A DNA stretch of 64,000 nt from Caecitellus pseudoparvulus (Eukaryota; Protista; Bigyra: Bicosoecida), in NCBI GenBank assembly GCA_965644315.1, contig CBFFRQ010000069.1:62001-126000 (forward strand). Direction: 5' to 3'. The number at the start of each line of letters is the position of its first letter. Within the stretch, counting starts at the first letter, position 1. The notes beneath the pieces are model-generated. The model had not been told where the DNA came from and made no database searches. It was given only the letters and a program-made list of their open reading frames with translations. Shown here piece by piece: positions 24,910 to 37,130 of this stretch. The position numbers and the translations under genes were made by a program.

Positions 24910-26148
24910 TCAGGCGTGTTGCAGCGCGTACTTCACAGCCTCGTACGTGCCCCAGCTGATGGCCATGGCAGGCGTGTGCAGTGCCACACGCGCCCCCAGA
25001 CCCCGGAAGAACCCTGCCAGCCCCTCCTCTGCGTGCAGCTTGCGGGCGACGTCCAGGACGCCTGCGTACCGCGGCCCCTGGGGGGGGCGGGTGGAGGGGG
25101 GGGCGCAGGCGCAGTCTGCCGCACCCCCCCCTGGGACCCCCTTGTCGGGCTTGGTGTAGTACTGGGCAACTTGCAGGCCAGGTGCCCCCTGCCCGCCACT
25201 GCCCAGGAGGGAGGAAGAGGTGGCTGCCAGGCGCCTGGCAGCGGAGCGCAGGGTGGAGGAGGTGGTGGAGGAGGGGGGTGCGGGGGGGGGCACTGGCACG
25301 GACTCTGCGTGCACAGCACACGCTTCCAGCGCCTGTGCCGAGCACTGCTGGGTCTGCAGGCGTGTCTTGATGACGTCCAGGGGCGTGGTGGCGCAGGCAG
25401 CCACTGCGCCCGACACAGCGCCCGAGGTGAGGTACACACCCATGTCGTGCTGGCCGCCAGGGTTCAGCACCTCCTTCATGCTCTCGTTGGTGGCCACCAC
25501 GACACTGGCGTAGGGGATGTTCATGACCAGGGTGGTGGGGAAGGCCCGCCACAGCGCAGACAGGCCCTCGCTGCGCGTGACGGAGGTGAGGCAGTCCCAC
25601 ACGCCTGAGTAGTACCCCAGCTGCAGGCGCTGCTTCACCAGGTCCATGGGCGTGATGATGGCGTCATGCATGACGGTGGCGCACGCGCCAGCGGCAGCGG
25701 CGCCCACCACGTGGTGCCCAGGGGAGTTCACGCCAAAGGCGTCCTTGGCCACCTCGTACACGGTGAAGTACGCCGTGTGGGAGGGAATGCACGCTGTGAG
25801 CATGGCAGGCGCGCCCCGCCACAGTCGCGCAAAGCCATGCTGCTTCAGCAATGCCGCGAAGGAAGGCGGGTTGCTGGACTTGGCAGAGGTTTGCAGGAAT
25901 GTCTGTGGGGTGGGCGTGGCAGCCGTGTGGGCGTCACCGCTGCGCGGCCAGTTCCATGCGGAGTTTCATGCCCGCGTTTCGCGTGTTTTGCGCTGCGCAC
26001 ACCTCACCTTGTACGTGTCCAAAGGGAACATGGCCACGTGCTCCATCACGCCAGCTGCACTCCCTGCAATCATGTGGTGCACAAAACTGCCCTTGCTGGG
26101 GTCCCACTCCTCCCAGTCCTCGTCAATCATCGGCATGTGGTCCGCCAT
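24910..26148 (-). CDS. Mitochondrial iron carrier (mitoferrin, SLC25A28/37, Mrs3/4 family); intron 25903-26007
   Basis: HMIAGSAAGVMEHVAMFPLDTYK, ACIPSHTAYF..YE, HDAIITPMDLVKQRLQ, PTTLVMNIPY, TPLDVIKTRLQ, AISWGTYE. Confidence 0.92.
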
Positions 26149-26612
26149 GCTGGGCTGCAGCTCAGTGACGCCAGCTATGCGAACACGGCCCGCCCGCCAA
26201 ACGGGGCCTGCGCGAACGGTGGCAGGGTAGTGGGCAGTGCTAAATGGGAAGTGTGGGTGACCAACTGCTTATGGTCGGGCAGCCTCGCGCGTCACGTGGG
26301 ATTTGCCGGGCCCGCCCCGAGTCTGCGGGAAAGGAAGCGCCTGTGCAGTGCCGAGTGCTGGGCAGCTGAGGCCGGCGACGCAGCAAGGGCGCACGCCACC
26401 CAAAGCCAGACACCCCGACAGCCCCCGCACCGGAGTTCCCAGCGCCTCACACACACCTTTGCCAGCTTGGCAAGCTTTGCTGCAGTGGGGCTTGCGCTGG
26501 GCTGTGTCTGCCGCTCACGGCACCGGCTGCAGGCTGCCACTTGCACTGCACACCACTCACACCAGGACAGCTGCTCCGGGTCCCCGCCCGAGAACTGGCC
26601 GCGCTCAGCAAC

Positions 26613-27956
26613 ATGGAAACTCGCAGTGCTACACCCCCTGCGGTTCCAGATGACGCCGAGGCGCCGCCTGCCGCGCAGCACGCCGCTGCTGAAGCTGTGG
26701 TTGGCAGCGGCGAGGAGGAGGACGTTACGGCACATGATATCGGCAGCCTTGATCAGGACGCTGTGGTGGCTGCACTGCTGGCGCAGGACACTGAGGCTGC
26801 TGCTGCTGCAACAGAAGGTGCAGATGAGGGCTCCATTTCCGCGCAGGCCGTCCTGGACGCGCTGCAGCACGCGGCGCCTGATGCGGATTTAGACCTGCAC
26901 CTCCGGAAGGCTGCCCAGCTTGCAGGGGACCCTGTCGAGCTCGTGTCGTTGCTCCTGGACATGGGCGCCGATCCAGATGCGAATGATGACAATGGGCTCA
27001 CCGCACTGCACTTTGCTGCCAGAGAAGGCAACAGCGGCGCCGCCGCCATCCTCCTCGCCGCAGGCGCAGACGCCTTGGCGGCTGTCGGCGAGGCACACTT
27101 CACACCGCTTCACAGGGCGGCAGCAGGCGGCCACGCACGCATTGCCGCTGCCCTCCTGGCTGCAGGCGCAGACGCCAACGCTGGCCAGGGCATCGGCACG
27201 CCTCTCTTCGCGGCACTCTCCCAAGCAGGCACCGTGGCGCCTGGCAACGTCGTGCTGGTGCTGGAGGTGTTGCTGAGAGCTGGCGCAGTGGTGGACGTGC
27301 CTGCCGCCCAAGCCGCCCTGGAGGCCTCCACCGCCTCCTTAGCTGCCCTGCAGCAAGCCGCACAGACGACCAGGTGGCCGGGGGACCTCGCAGTGCGCCC
27401 CTCCCCTCAGCACCAGGTCGCAGACGGCGAGGCGGCGGATGCGTGTGCCCAGGCAGCCCGGCTGCTGCAGCAGCTGCATCCAGTGGCAGGTGCTAGCGAT
27501 GCATCTGACACTGAAGGTGCCGGCACTGAGGTGCAGCCAGTCTCCCCCCTGCTACAGGGCACTGGCACTGGCACTGGCACTGGCACTGGCACTGGCACTG
27601 GCACTGGCACTGGCACGGGCACGGGCACGGGCACGGGCACTGGCACTGGCACGGGCATTTCCCCCGCTGGAGGGCTGGCATCCCCATCGCCACCCCCCCT
27701 CATGGCACACCAAGACACGGCTGTTGAAGACGAGACCCATCACACGAGTGAGGGGGCAGGCGAGGAGTCACGTGCAGCACCAGTGGAGCAGGCGCCCGCC
27801 CCCGCACGACCACCAGTGGAGCAGGCGCCCGCCCCCGCACGACCACCAGTTGAGAGTGGCCCCACCATCGTCGCACCGCCAGGGGCGCCGCCTCTCGCCA
27901 AGTCTGACCCTGCGCCAGGCCCAAATGCGACAGGGTGCTGCTGCGTCGTGCAGTGA
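26613..27956 (+). CDS. Ankyrin-repeat protein with a Gly-Thr repeat and C-terminal CaaX (GCCCVVQ)
   Basis: GLTALHFAAREG, FTPLHRAAAGGH, GTPLFAAL ankyrin repeats; acidic N-terminus; terminal CVVQ. Confidence 0.85.
   Translation: METRSATPPAVPDDAEAPPAAQHAAAEAVVGSGEEEDVTAHDIGSLDQDAVVAALLAQDTEAAAAATEGADEGSISAQAVLDALQHAAPDADLDLHLRKAAQLAGDPVELVSLLLDMGADPDANDDNGLTALHFAAREGNSGAAAILLAAGADALAAVGEAHFTPLHRAAAGGHARIAAALLAAGADANAGQGIGTPLFAALSQAGTVAPGNVVLVLEVLLRAGAVVDVPAAQAALEASTASLAALQQAAQTTRWPGDLAVRPSPQHQVADGEAADACAQAARLLQQLHPVAGASDASDTEGAGTEVQPVSPLLQGTGTGTGTGTGTGTGTGTGTGTGTGTGTGTGTGISPAGGLASPSPPPLMAHQDTAVEDETHHTSEGAGEESRAAPVEQAPAPARPPVEQAPAPARPPVESGPTIVAPPGAPPLAKSDPAPGPNATGCCCVVQ
27558..27653 (+). repeat. 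Coding hexanucleotide microsatellite (GGCAC[T/G])x16 encoding (Gly-Thr)16
   Basis: Directly visible tandem repeat. Confidence 0.97.
27778..27850 (+). repeat. 33-bp coding tandem duplication (about 2.2 copies; PVEQAPAPARP)
   Basis: caccagtggagcaggcgcccgcccccgcacgac repeated. Confidence 0.92.
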
Positions 27957-27959
27957 AGG

Positions 27960-28581
27960 CAGCCTCCCCAGGTGGACCTCCAACACCTGCCGCCACATTG
28001 CAGCGCGCTGAGTGGTTGCCTGTTCACCAAGACACTTTTGAAGTCGAACACCAGCACAGCGACTCCCACTCCTGGCGCTCAATCAGCCCGTGCAGGTCAG
28101 CTGCTGCTTGGAAAGTGTGTAGCGGTGCAAGCAGCATAGCTGGGCGGGTTACCGACCCGCTTGTCGTCCACGGTCGCCAGCGCTCCAGCTCTGCTGCCGA
28201 GTATCTCCAACAGGGAAGGCTGCGTTGCTCACTTGGGTTGGTACCATGGCAAGGGCACACCTGCAGTGGCGAGTTTCCGGGTCGCCCTCTTTCCTCAGCC
28301 CGCGCCGTCAGCAAGTCAAGGGCAAGCACGCGCAGGGCGCGAGGTGTCCGCCTGTGTGGCCGACTGAGAGCCGAGTGAATGGACTGACTTGAGGCCAGCT
28401 GACACACGATGTATGCATGCGGTCCTTTGCCCGTGTGCGGGACGCACGTTTGGCGAGGTGCCTGGCTTGTTTGTTCCTCGCGAGCCAGCCCGGCTTCAAT
28501 GCTCATCAGGCAACCCTCCGAGCAAGTGGCGCGGACAAAATTCACCTCCTTCACCACTTCCACGACTGGAATCTGCCCCAT
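27960..28581 (-). CDS. Possible small multi-exon hypothetical gene
   Basis: ATG 28581 (MGQIPVVEVVKEVNFVRATC...) followed by several GT donors (GTGCGT, GTGTGC) and CAG acceptors that can be joined in frame; no homology recognised and 3' end unclear. Confidence 0.22.
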
Positions 28582-28706
28582 AGGTTTTGAGGGCCCTGGT
28601 GCCCTGCAACACGGCACAGTTGAAGGCGACTGCGGCAACTCCTGCGCACCATCCCCAGCGCTCCTGAACCTCTCTACAGCAGGCCAAGGCAAGGAGGTGG
28701 AAGCTC

Positions 28707-31700
28707 ATGAGTTGGCAGATCGTTGCACAGCGGCCCCCGCCGCTTCTGGCAGGAAATGCTCCTCGGAGTCTCCTGGCTGGCGCTGGGTGCGTGCGCGGCT
28801 TGGTGTGCACTCAGTCTTTTTCTGGTGCCCTCACCCCACTTGTACTGCATGTGCCACACAGACTGCGGTACGGTTCCACGATCGTCCTGGGCATTGCCAC
28901 GACTGTACTCTCCCTGCCTCTCATGTTGTGGATGACGGTGCACCTGTCCAGCGCGTGGGCGCTGCTTGGTACGTGAGGCGTTGGCAGCTGTCGCGGCGAC
29001 GGGGTGCGCTGTTGCGCGAGACTCCATGATGGACCGTGGCTTGCCTCCCCGGGCCTTGCTTCGATGGCCCAAGCATACCACTGTAGTAGGCATGCTTGCC
29101 TCTCCTCGGCACTGCATGGCGTAGTCCCCTGTGCCTGCGCCGCTTGCCAGTGTGCGGCACTTCCTCGCCCGGGATCCCTGCACAGAGAGTCCGTCCCAGC
29201 AGCTTCCACCGTGGAATGGAACACGCACGTACACGCAAGTGGCCACCTTGACCAAGCACGATCCTGATTGGGTGCGTCTTGGGGCCATGGAGTTCCCCTT
29301 GCGGCCGCTGCCGCGTGTGTCTGGGCATGCTCCAGGCGCCTGGCGCACCACCACCACCCCGCCTGCACAGATGAGTGCGACGTGGCGCTTTTCCGCCATC
29401 GATGCGACTGGGGTACTGCCAGCAATTCTGAGCACTGCTCTCGTGCCTTGGTGTGTGCTGGGGAACTTCGGCCTGTGCCGGTTTCGCCTGGCGGGGCTGC
29501 TGCCCGCAACGCCTCTCGCAGTTGCTGCGATCACGGCTGCGTTCGCCGGCATGACTTCCGTGTCCTGGCCCTGGTCCGGCACGCCACGCTCCCTCATCAT
29601 GCCCATGGCTTTGTTTAGCACGGTCTTCCTCATCAGCGGCGCGCTGTGCCTGCCGCGGCTCATCTCCCGCGCTCAAGACCTGCGGCCCACGGCTCTGTCG
29701 CGGGCCGCTTCGCTGACAGTCACGGGCCTGACAGTTTCGTCTGCCGGCTTCGTGCTGGCGCTAGCGTGCAACATCTTCACGTGGCTCACCGCCAGAAACG
29801 GGCTTGTGGTTCGCTTCCTCGTGCGATTCTTGCTGTTTGCCGCCGTGGCAGAGCTGGCGGCTGTTGTGCAGCGCGCCGCAGTGCGAAGGTGGGTGCTGCC
29901 CCACGTTTCAGCCAGTTACTCCGTCGCATTCCTGGCGCCACTGTCGTTCGGTGCCGCGTTTGTGGGGCGCTTCATGGCCCTGAACGTGTCCTCCTTCCCC
30001 GAGTGCATCGCTATGGGTACCCTCGTGACGCTGACGTCAGTCGTGGCTCGTGCCTCAGCTCGCCAGCGCGATGCGTGGGTGGGCTGGGCGGTGTGTGGCA
30101 GGTCGCGCCAGGCGGGTGCTGGCCTGCAACCCGGGCTCATGGCTCTCACCCAGCCCCAGCAAGCAGCCCATGACCGGGCCTTTTACGCCGGCTTGGCTGT
30201 CGTCGGCGAGGCGAGCGAGCTGCTGGGCATCCTCGCAAACGCCGCAGCCATCCCGCTGCTGCGCATGCCGCCCTCCACCGGTGCGGAGATCCTGTCCATC
30301 CCAGACGTCATGGCTCGAGCTGGGGTCCACCTAGCGATTGAAGCTGGTGTCATGGTCTTGCCTGCCCTCCTGCTGTGGGCAAGCCCACTCCTGTTCGTGT
30401 GGGCTGCTGACGCGCACGTGAACGGTGTGTACCAACAGTCCCTCCTGCCGAAGCCACGCCCTGCCGACCTTGCTGGGCACAGCAGCACAGGGGCCCCTTC
30501 GCCACAGCAGTCCACATCCCCTCCTAGATTCGTCACGGAACTGCCTGTGCTGGCCGAGCTGGCCCACGGGGACAGCTCCTCCTCACTGTCCCTACAGGGC
30601 TGGTCGGGGGGCATGCGACGCCCCAGCGCCGACGAGGCAGAACAGGCAGCAGTGGGCAGCACCTTGCACTCCATGCCTGCTCGGGCTTCCCCTGCCCTGC
30701 TCTTGGAAGCCACTGCACCCGTGGCGCTGCGCAGTGCCACCCCGCCTGACGAGCAAGTGGTCAGCGAGCGAGTGCCGCCGACATTGATCGTCGCGAAGGG
30801 GCGGCGAGAGGAGGGCGTCGACTACGACCAGCAGTGTGGCCCCACCCTCAGCGGTGATTCCCTGTGCTCTGCGGGCCGTTGCTCCCCTGTGCCCCTCGCT
30901 GTGGGGCAGGAGGGCGGCCGCATCCCCTCCGACGGACCCGCCAGCTGTGGCAGCTTCATGTGTGTGCACCTGCCTATCGGGGGCGGGTGGGCAGGCCCCA
31001 CGTCACCCAAGCCCCACGCCCACATCGTGCCCACCATTCGTCTGGACAACCTGCCCGCGAGCGGTGGCTCGCAAGTGGAAGGTGCCCTGCCGGCGCCTCG
31101 TGCCGCTGTGGGGCCTGGGCCTCTCGTGCGCTCCCGAGGGGGGGGCGTGTGGGATGCATCCCGCGACGTGTCTGAAGATGGCAGTGTGGGCCCACCAGTC
31201 CGCATGGCGGAAGCGCGGGGCATCAGCGGCGTCACGGCCAGCCCCCTAGGCGTGCAGATCTCGTATACGCGCAGTGCCAGCACGGGATTGCACCGGCCCA
31301 CCTCAGGGGGAACACCGCAGTACGGCTCCGCTCGCAGCGCAGGGCCAGTCCGCCTGGGCCACCTCACTCCTAGCATGGCCTCAGGCAGCAACTTCAGCCT
31401 GTCCACCCTCGAGAAGGGTGGCAACTCGGCGCTGTGCGGCGGACCAGCCTGCTGCGAGGCGCCCTCGAAAACGCCCCACCCCTGCCACGGCTCCGCCTGT
31501 GGCCAGTTCTGCCGGCGGGCGATGTCTCTGACATGGGGCTGTTGTGCTGTGTCTGAGGATGACACGCCCCTCCTGCGGGCGCACGCCGAGGCGGTGCAAG
31601 CGCTCATGCTGCACAGCACCACTGTGCACCAAGCAGTCTGGCAGCCCATGCACACGAGTCGGTGGCTGGAGCTGCAAGCCGCAGCACCCCAGCTCGTGGG

Positions 31701-32064
31701 CGGGTCGGTTGGCGGCACCAGCACACATCCACCTGGCCACTGCTCAAGCTCCACTTCAGTGCCCACGTTCATCGACGACGCGCCAGGCAGCTCCCGCCCC
31801 GCACAACGCAGGCCAGTCCGGCCTCGCCAATTCCCCCTGTCGCGCCACGCTCTACTGCTGGTGGAGGTGTGGCTGGCACGCACCACAGCTGCTTGGCAAG
31901 CGCTGCCCCGGGTGCTGTTCCTGGGCTTGCTGGTGCTGGTACCCTGCATCACCTCCTTTGCTGCGTTTCAAGTGGTGCACCCCTGTCGCAAGTGCCCCTT
32001 CCTGCCCCCCGCCCAAATCGGGCAGCCCGACGCTGCCTACGTGTATGACTCGTGCAGTTGGTAG
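28707..32064 (+). CDS. Uncharacterised multi-pass membrane protein, paralogue B; introns 28787-28861 and 28969 to about 29185 (acceptor uncertain)
   Basis: 977-aa ORF plus 5' exons; many hydrophobic segments, long disordered loop with a Cys cluster, ends KCPFLPP...YVYDSCSW. Confidence 0.78.
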
Positions 32065-32195
32065 TCCGACTGCCCGGGATGGGCCGCCGTAATGTATTCT
32101 TTCCGTGCGCAGACCCTGCCAGCGCACAGCGCCCTGGCCGCTCTCTCACCCCGACGGCCAGGAAGAAGCTCGGCCAGCGCCAGCTTCTCAGCTTG

Positions 32196-35100
32196 ATGCG
32201 TCCCATCCCCCTGCTCGCAGCAAAACACGGCCAGCGGCCAGCAGACACCCACACTCCGCCACGCAAGACCTACCTTCACCTGCTGCCCTTTCACATCACG
32301 CTAGCGCAGCCCGGGCCGGGCGTTGCGCACTTTTCCAGGCTTGGTCAGCCCGCGTTGGCTCCCGAAGCGGGCTGGTGACGGGCCGAGACAGCCCCCCACT
32401 CTGCACACCGCTGCGTGGGCAGCGCGTGCTTCCGTGCCCTATAGGTGGGCCCTTTATCCCTTGCACAGCATGCAGCCAGCGGTGCGCGTCGGAGACTCCA
32501 CCATTGCGTTGCTGCAGCGCGCAAGGTGCGGCGCAGTTGTCGTGGCTTGAGCGGGCTTGTGCGCCCTGCCCATTGCACGCCCTGCTCCACCCCCTCCCCT
32601 GACGCAGTGCACGCTTCTTTGATCTGTTCAAGCTTGCCCTCGGTGCATTGCTGGTGTCCTTCCCAGTCCTCGTCTGGTACAACGCGCTGTTCGTGGCGTA
32701 CTGGCGTGAAGTGGGTGCGTTTCTGCCCCCGTCGCAGCGATGCCAGCGGCCAGCTTCTGCCAGCGCCTCTCAACAGTTGCCGAACAAGCTGGGCAAGCTG
32801 CGGTCGCGAAGGGCGTTCCCAACCATGACTGCTTGATGCCTTCTGAGCCCCCCGCCCACGTGCTGCCTCCGCCAGCGGCCTCGCACCAGCCGCCCCTGCG
32901 CCTGGCACAGATGGACTGGCGCTGGCCAACGTCTCTGCCAATGGCACCACCAGCGTGCCCATGTCCCTCACCACTGTGCGGCAGTGGTACCTGAACGTGA
33001 GTGCCCACCAGCACTGCACACCACCCCCGCCACCTCCCCACCCCACCGCCGCCCTCACACGCGCAGCCCATCAGCCTGCATGTGGGCTGCCTCACCCTCT
33101 TCATGTTCTGCTTTGGCTACCTCTGCTTCCTCCTCGTGCCCCTCCTGCTAGCTGTGCGCTGTCGCCTGCTGCGCTTCAGGGCCTGTGGCCTGGCCAGTCT
33201 CCTGCTGCCGGCCAGTGCGCTGGTGGGGTGGGTCACCATGGTTGGGTGGGGGACGGCGGTCACCCGCTTTGGCTCCCTCAGCCAGCAGCAGGCCTTCCTG
33301 CAAGGCACCGTCTTCGTGAAGCCCTTCCTCTTCCTGGCGTCAGGAGCGCCCCTGCTGTGGTGGGCGCTGAAGGTGCTGGGCCGCGAGCTGCCTGACGGCT
33401 TCCACCGCCCTGGGCAGGTCGCCCTCACTGTGCTGTTCACCACCATCTTGGCAGCTGCGGCAGGGCCTGCCTTCCTCCTGAGCATCTTCGTCAAGGCTCC
33501 TGCCTGGCAACGCCTGCTGCTGCGCTGCTTCGCCTTCCCACTGCTGGTGGGGGTGGGGCAGGCTGCTCTGCGAGCGTCGCTGTGGTGGGGCGGCGGGCTG
33601 GCCTTGCCGCCTTCACTGGCAGTGCAGTTCACTCTGCCGCTGCGCCTGGCCGCGGCCATGCTGGGGTGCCTCGTCATGGTGAACCTGCCGACGCTGGAGG
33701 AGACGCTGTGCATGGTGCTGGGCGTGGCCGCTGTGTCGGCGGGCTGTCGCTGGACGCTGGCAACCAGACACCACGCAGAGCACAGGCTGTGGCAGGCGCT
33801 GTGTCCTCGCAAACCCCCGTCAGCGGAGCAGGAGGGGGCGCACCAAGGCATCCCTGCCGCTCCCCCACTGCCTGCCGCCCAAGCTGCCCGCCGCTGGCAC
33901 ACCCACTTCATGTACAGCGCGATGGGGGGCGACGCCGCCTGTGATGCTGCTGGGTCACTCATGGCTGTGGCGCTGGTGGCGTTGAACTCCATGCCGCCCG
34001 TGCCTGGCAGCCAGCCGCTGGAGCCTGGGCAGGTCTTTGCGCGCCTGGCTCTCCTGCTGGTGGGGCAGGTGTTGGTGCAGTACATGCCGCTGGCGCTGGT
34101 GCTGGTGGGGCGGGGGTGTGTTGGCGCGGGGCAGAGCCCACCCCCCACACCCTTCGCGGAGGTCTGCTTGCCCGCACAGGGCAAACACCACCCTGCGACC
34201 CCACGCACGTGGGGCGGTGTGGCAGGGGGTGCCTCCAAATCACTTGCCCAGCACTTGCCTGCGCTGAGCCTGGACGACGCAAAGGACTTGCCCCCCGCCT
34301 TCCCCCCCCCTTCACACCCCTCCCCCCTGGCTGAGATGAAGCTGGGTGATGTTCCCTCCCTCGGGCGGGAAGCTAGTATTGTGCCGGGGCACCCCCCCTC
34401 CTCCTCGGGCCGACGGGGGCTCTTCGCTTCCGGCCGCAGCGCCGCAAGCGAAGGCAGCGACGGCAGCGAGGGCGCCGCCTGGGCAGCAGAAACGCACGTG
34501 TGGTTCAGCCAGCCGACTGTGGGCCGCATCGCGCTGGGGGATGAGGGGGAGAGCAGTGCGGCGGAGGGGTGCGTGAGCGACGCCAGCTGTGCGCGCCTGC
34601 AGCCGGTGTCGCTGGCGACAGGGTCGCAAGTGGGCGGGTCGCACAGCGACGTGGCGCACCCAGTGAACTCGTCGACACGGTCCCTGTTCACCATCCAAGA
34701 GTCGGAAGTGGAGTCATCCCAGGAGTCGGTGCGATCTTGGGTGGGCCCAGGCTCCGGGGTGGTGGGCCCGCCCGCCACCGCAAGGCACCTCCCCCCCCGA
34801 CCCCTCGCCCGCACGGCAGTCAGACAGCCTCCCCCCGACAGCGCACACCCCCTCATGGTGGTGGAGGTGCACCGCGACCTGTCCCTGCGCCGCACAGCAG
34901 CCCCCCTCCCCATCACCCTGCCGCTGTCCGGCCGAGGGGGGGGGCAGGAAGAGGGGGACCCCCCCCCCTCCGCCCTTGACGCCAGCCCCCTGGCCAAGAG
35001 CCACCGCGCCCCCTCCAGCCGTTCCCCCTCCCACAACCCCAAGTGTGGGAGCAGTGCACACAGCCGCGTGTACAGTGCACGCAGCGCCCGAGGGTCGTCC

Positions 35101-35823
35101 CACACACCCCCCGTGACCCTGGCCCACGAGGGGGGGTCGGACACGGTTGACCCCCCTCCACCCCTCATGCACCCCCCCCTCATGGACTCCATCACCATCG
35201 CATGCACGGGTCCCCCCTGCTGCCAGCGCCCTGGGCCAGACGCCGACCACGCCTGCCACGCCTGCGCCTGTGGGGTGCTGTGCCAGCGCTCCATGGCGCT
35301 CACGTGGGGGTGGTGTGCCACGCCAGGTGACGTGGAGGAGGCTGCCCCGGTGCCGTGCCTGGAGGCGCACTATGCCCCCCTCGTGCAGCAGGGCTGGGGC
35401 GCTGCCTGGGACGAGATGTGTGTGGCCGACACGCCCTCCCCACCGCCTTCCCCGACGGGCTCCTGTGAGAACCCTCAGGCATCGTCCCAGGGGAGCTACG
35501 GTGGAGGTGGGGGTGGAGGGGACATCGTGGACGACTCATGCGCTGTTGGACGGCAGCCTAGTCACGCGTGCCAGGGCGCGTCTGGCTGGGCTGCCATGCC
35601 CCGCCTCCTGCGCCTGGAGGTGGCTCTGGCCCGCGTGGACCTGGCCTGGGAGGGCCGGCCAGCTGGCTTCGCGCTCGCCTTCATCCTCACGGCCCTGGCG
35701 CTGCAGCTGGTGTTCACGTACTACGCCATGCGCCCGACAGTGCGCTGCCCCTTTTTCTTCCAGCAGCCAGCAGCGGGGCTGGAAGGCCGCGTCTTCTTCG
35801 ACCTCTGCGTCGCGCAGGGCTGA
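32196..35823 (+). CDS. Uncharacterised multi-pass membrane protein, paralogue C (tandem with B); 5' exon structure approximate
   Basis: 940-aa ORF 33001..35823 plus upstream exons (e.g. 32608-32714 RFFDLFKLALGALLVSFPVLVWYNALF); Cys cluster CHACACGVLCQRSMALTWGWC; ends RCPFFF...VFFDLCVAQG. Confidence 0.75.
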
Positions 35824-36038
35824 CGTCAGCGCCACACCCTTGCCGACAGCCATGCCTTGTGAAATGTACAACCCGATATCCCGATAAGTACCTGCGCCTG
35901 GCGGTGGCAGGCCTCCAGCAATGGGGAAATGCCAACTTCATGCTGCCCGCCAGCACCTTCGCCAGAGCCTGCACGTGGGCCAAGGCTGTGCCGGCGGGGT
36001 GGCTGCGAGGCAGCGATTTCCGCAGCGAGCGCTGTGCC

Positions 36039-36662
36039 ATGGCGTCTGCAGCGGGCGAAGCACGGGAGTTCAGTAAGTGGCTGGTCAAAGCTGAGCCAGA
36101 GCCCCGCATGGTCAAGGGCGTGGACGTCAGCTACAGCCTGGACGCCATGGAGGCAGATGGCGTGGCTGACTGGGACGGCGTGCGGAACTACGCAGCTCGC
36201 AACATCATGCGAGACAGCATGAAGGAAGGCGACGAGGTGTTCTACTACCACAGCAACTGCAAGGTGCCTGGCATTGTTGGCATCGTCAAGGTGCACCGGG
36301 AGGGCTACCCAGACGAGTGTGCGTGGGACCCCGCCGACCCGCACTACGACGCAAAGAGCGACCCCGCCAACCCCCGCTGGTTCAAGGTGGACTTGCAGTT
36401 CGTCAGGCGCCTGAGGCGCATCATCCCCTTGCACGAGCTGAAGGCGGACCCCGCCCTGGCCGACATGGCCCTCATCTCTCGCGGCCGGCTGTCCGTGCAG
36501 CCGGTGCGCGAGGAGGAATGGCAGCACATTCTCAGCCTGGAGAGCCGGGAGGCCCCCCCGCCACCCCCCCCCTCCAAGCGCAAGGCGGGGGGCAGCAAGC
36601 GGGGCCGGTCTGACAAGGCCAAGGAGCCCGCCCCACGTCGCCCCAAGCGTGGCAAGGCATAG
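36039..36662 (+). CDS. THYN1: EVE-domain protein (thymocyte nuclear protein 1-like)
   Basis: WLVKAEP, WDGVRNYAARN, FYYHSNCKVPGIVG, PHYDAKSD..NPRW, LSVQPV..EEW; basic NLS-like tail. Confidence 0.93.
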   Translation: MASAAGEAREFSKWLVKAEPEPRMVKGVDVSYSLDAMEADGVADWDGVRNYAARNIMRDSMKEGDEVFYYHSNCKVPGIVGIVKVHREGYPDECAWDPADPHYDAKSDPANPRWFKVDLQFVRRLRRIIPLHELKADPALADMALISRGRLSVQPVREEEWQHILSLESREAPPPPPPSKRKAGGSKRGRSDKAKEPAPRRPKRGKA

Positions 36663-37130
36663 TGGCGGGTGGTTGCGCCGCGTGCCCGGCACTTCGCAAC
36701 GGCGGCAGAGCGGCAATTCCAGCCAGCCACACCCTGAATACAATCTGCATGCATCCGTCTGGCGCCTTCTCCACCCAGCTTTGCAGTGCTGGTCGCCCTG
36801 TCCCCCTGCGCGGCGCTGTGCCTTGCGCAGCCCACACGTGACCCTCCCACGCAGCGGCAGTGGCCCGCCAAGCCCCATACACGGCACACTGGCACCCGGC
36901 TCCGCCGACACCAGCGCGTGTACTACTCTGAGTGACTTTGGCTGTGTGACACCCCAGACGAGTGCCCAGCATGGCCACGCTCAGCATGCAGTGCATGTGA
37001 GTGGTCGCTGTGCGACACGCTGCCGCTGGCGACGCCAGCAACACCCTGCCCCCTGCCCCGCAGGCACGTCTTTGGAGGCGACGGCCTGGACAGCTCCCTC
37101 GGCCAGGCCAATGAGAGCCTGCCTGATCAC

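Noticed and set aside
27558-27850. Tandem repeats as a possible CRISPR or telomeric array
   Set aside because: No spacers; in-frame coding repeats in a eukaryotic gene
22073-36662. TGT plus EVE as a modified-base defence or functional cluster
   Set aside because: Both are standard eukaryotic housekeeping types, 12 kb apart with unrelated genes between them
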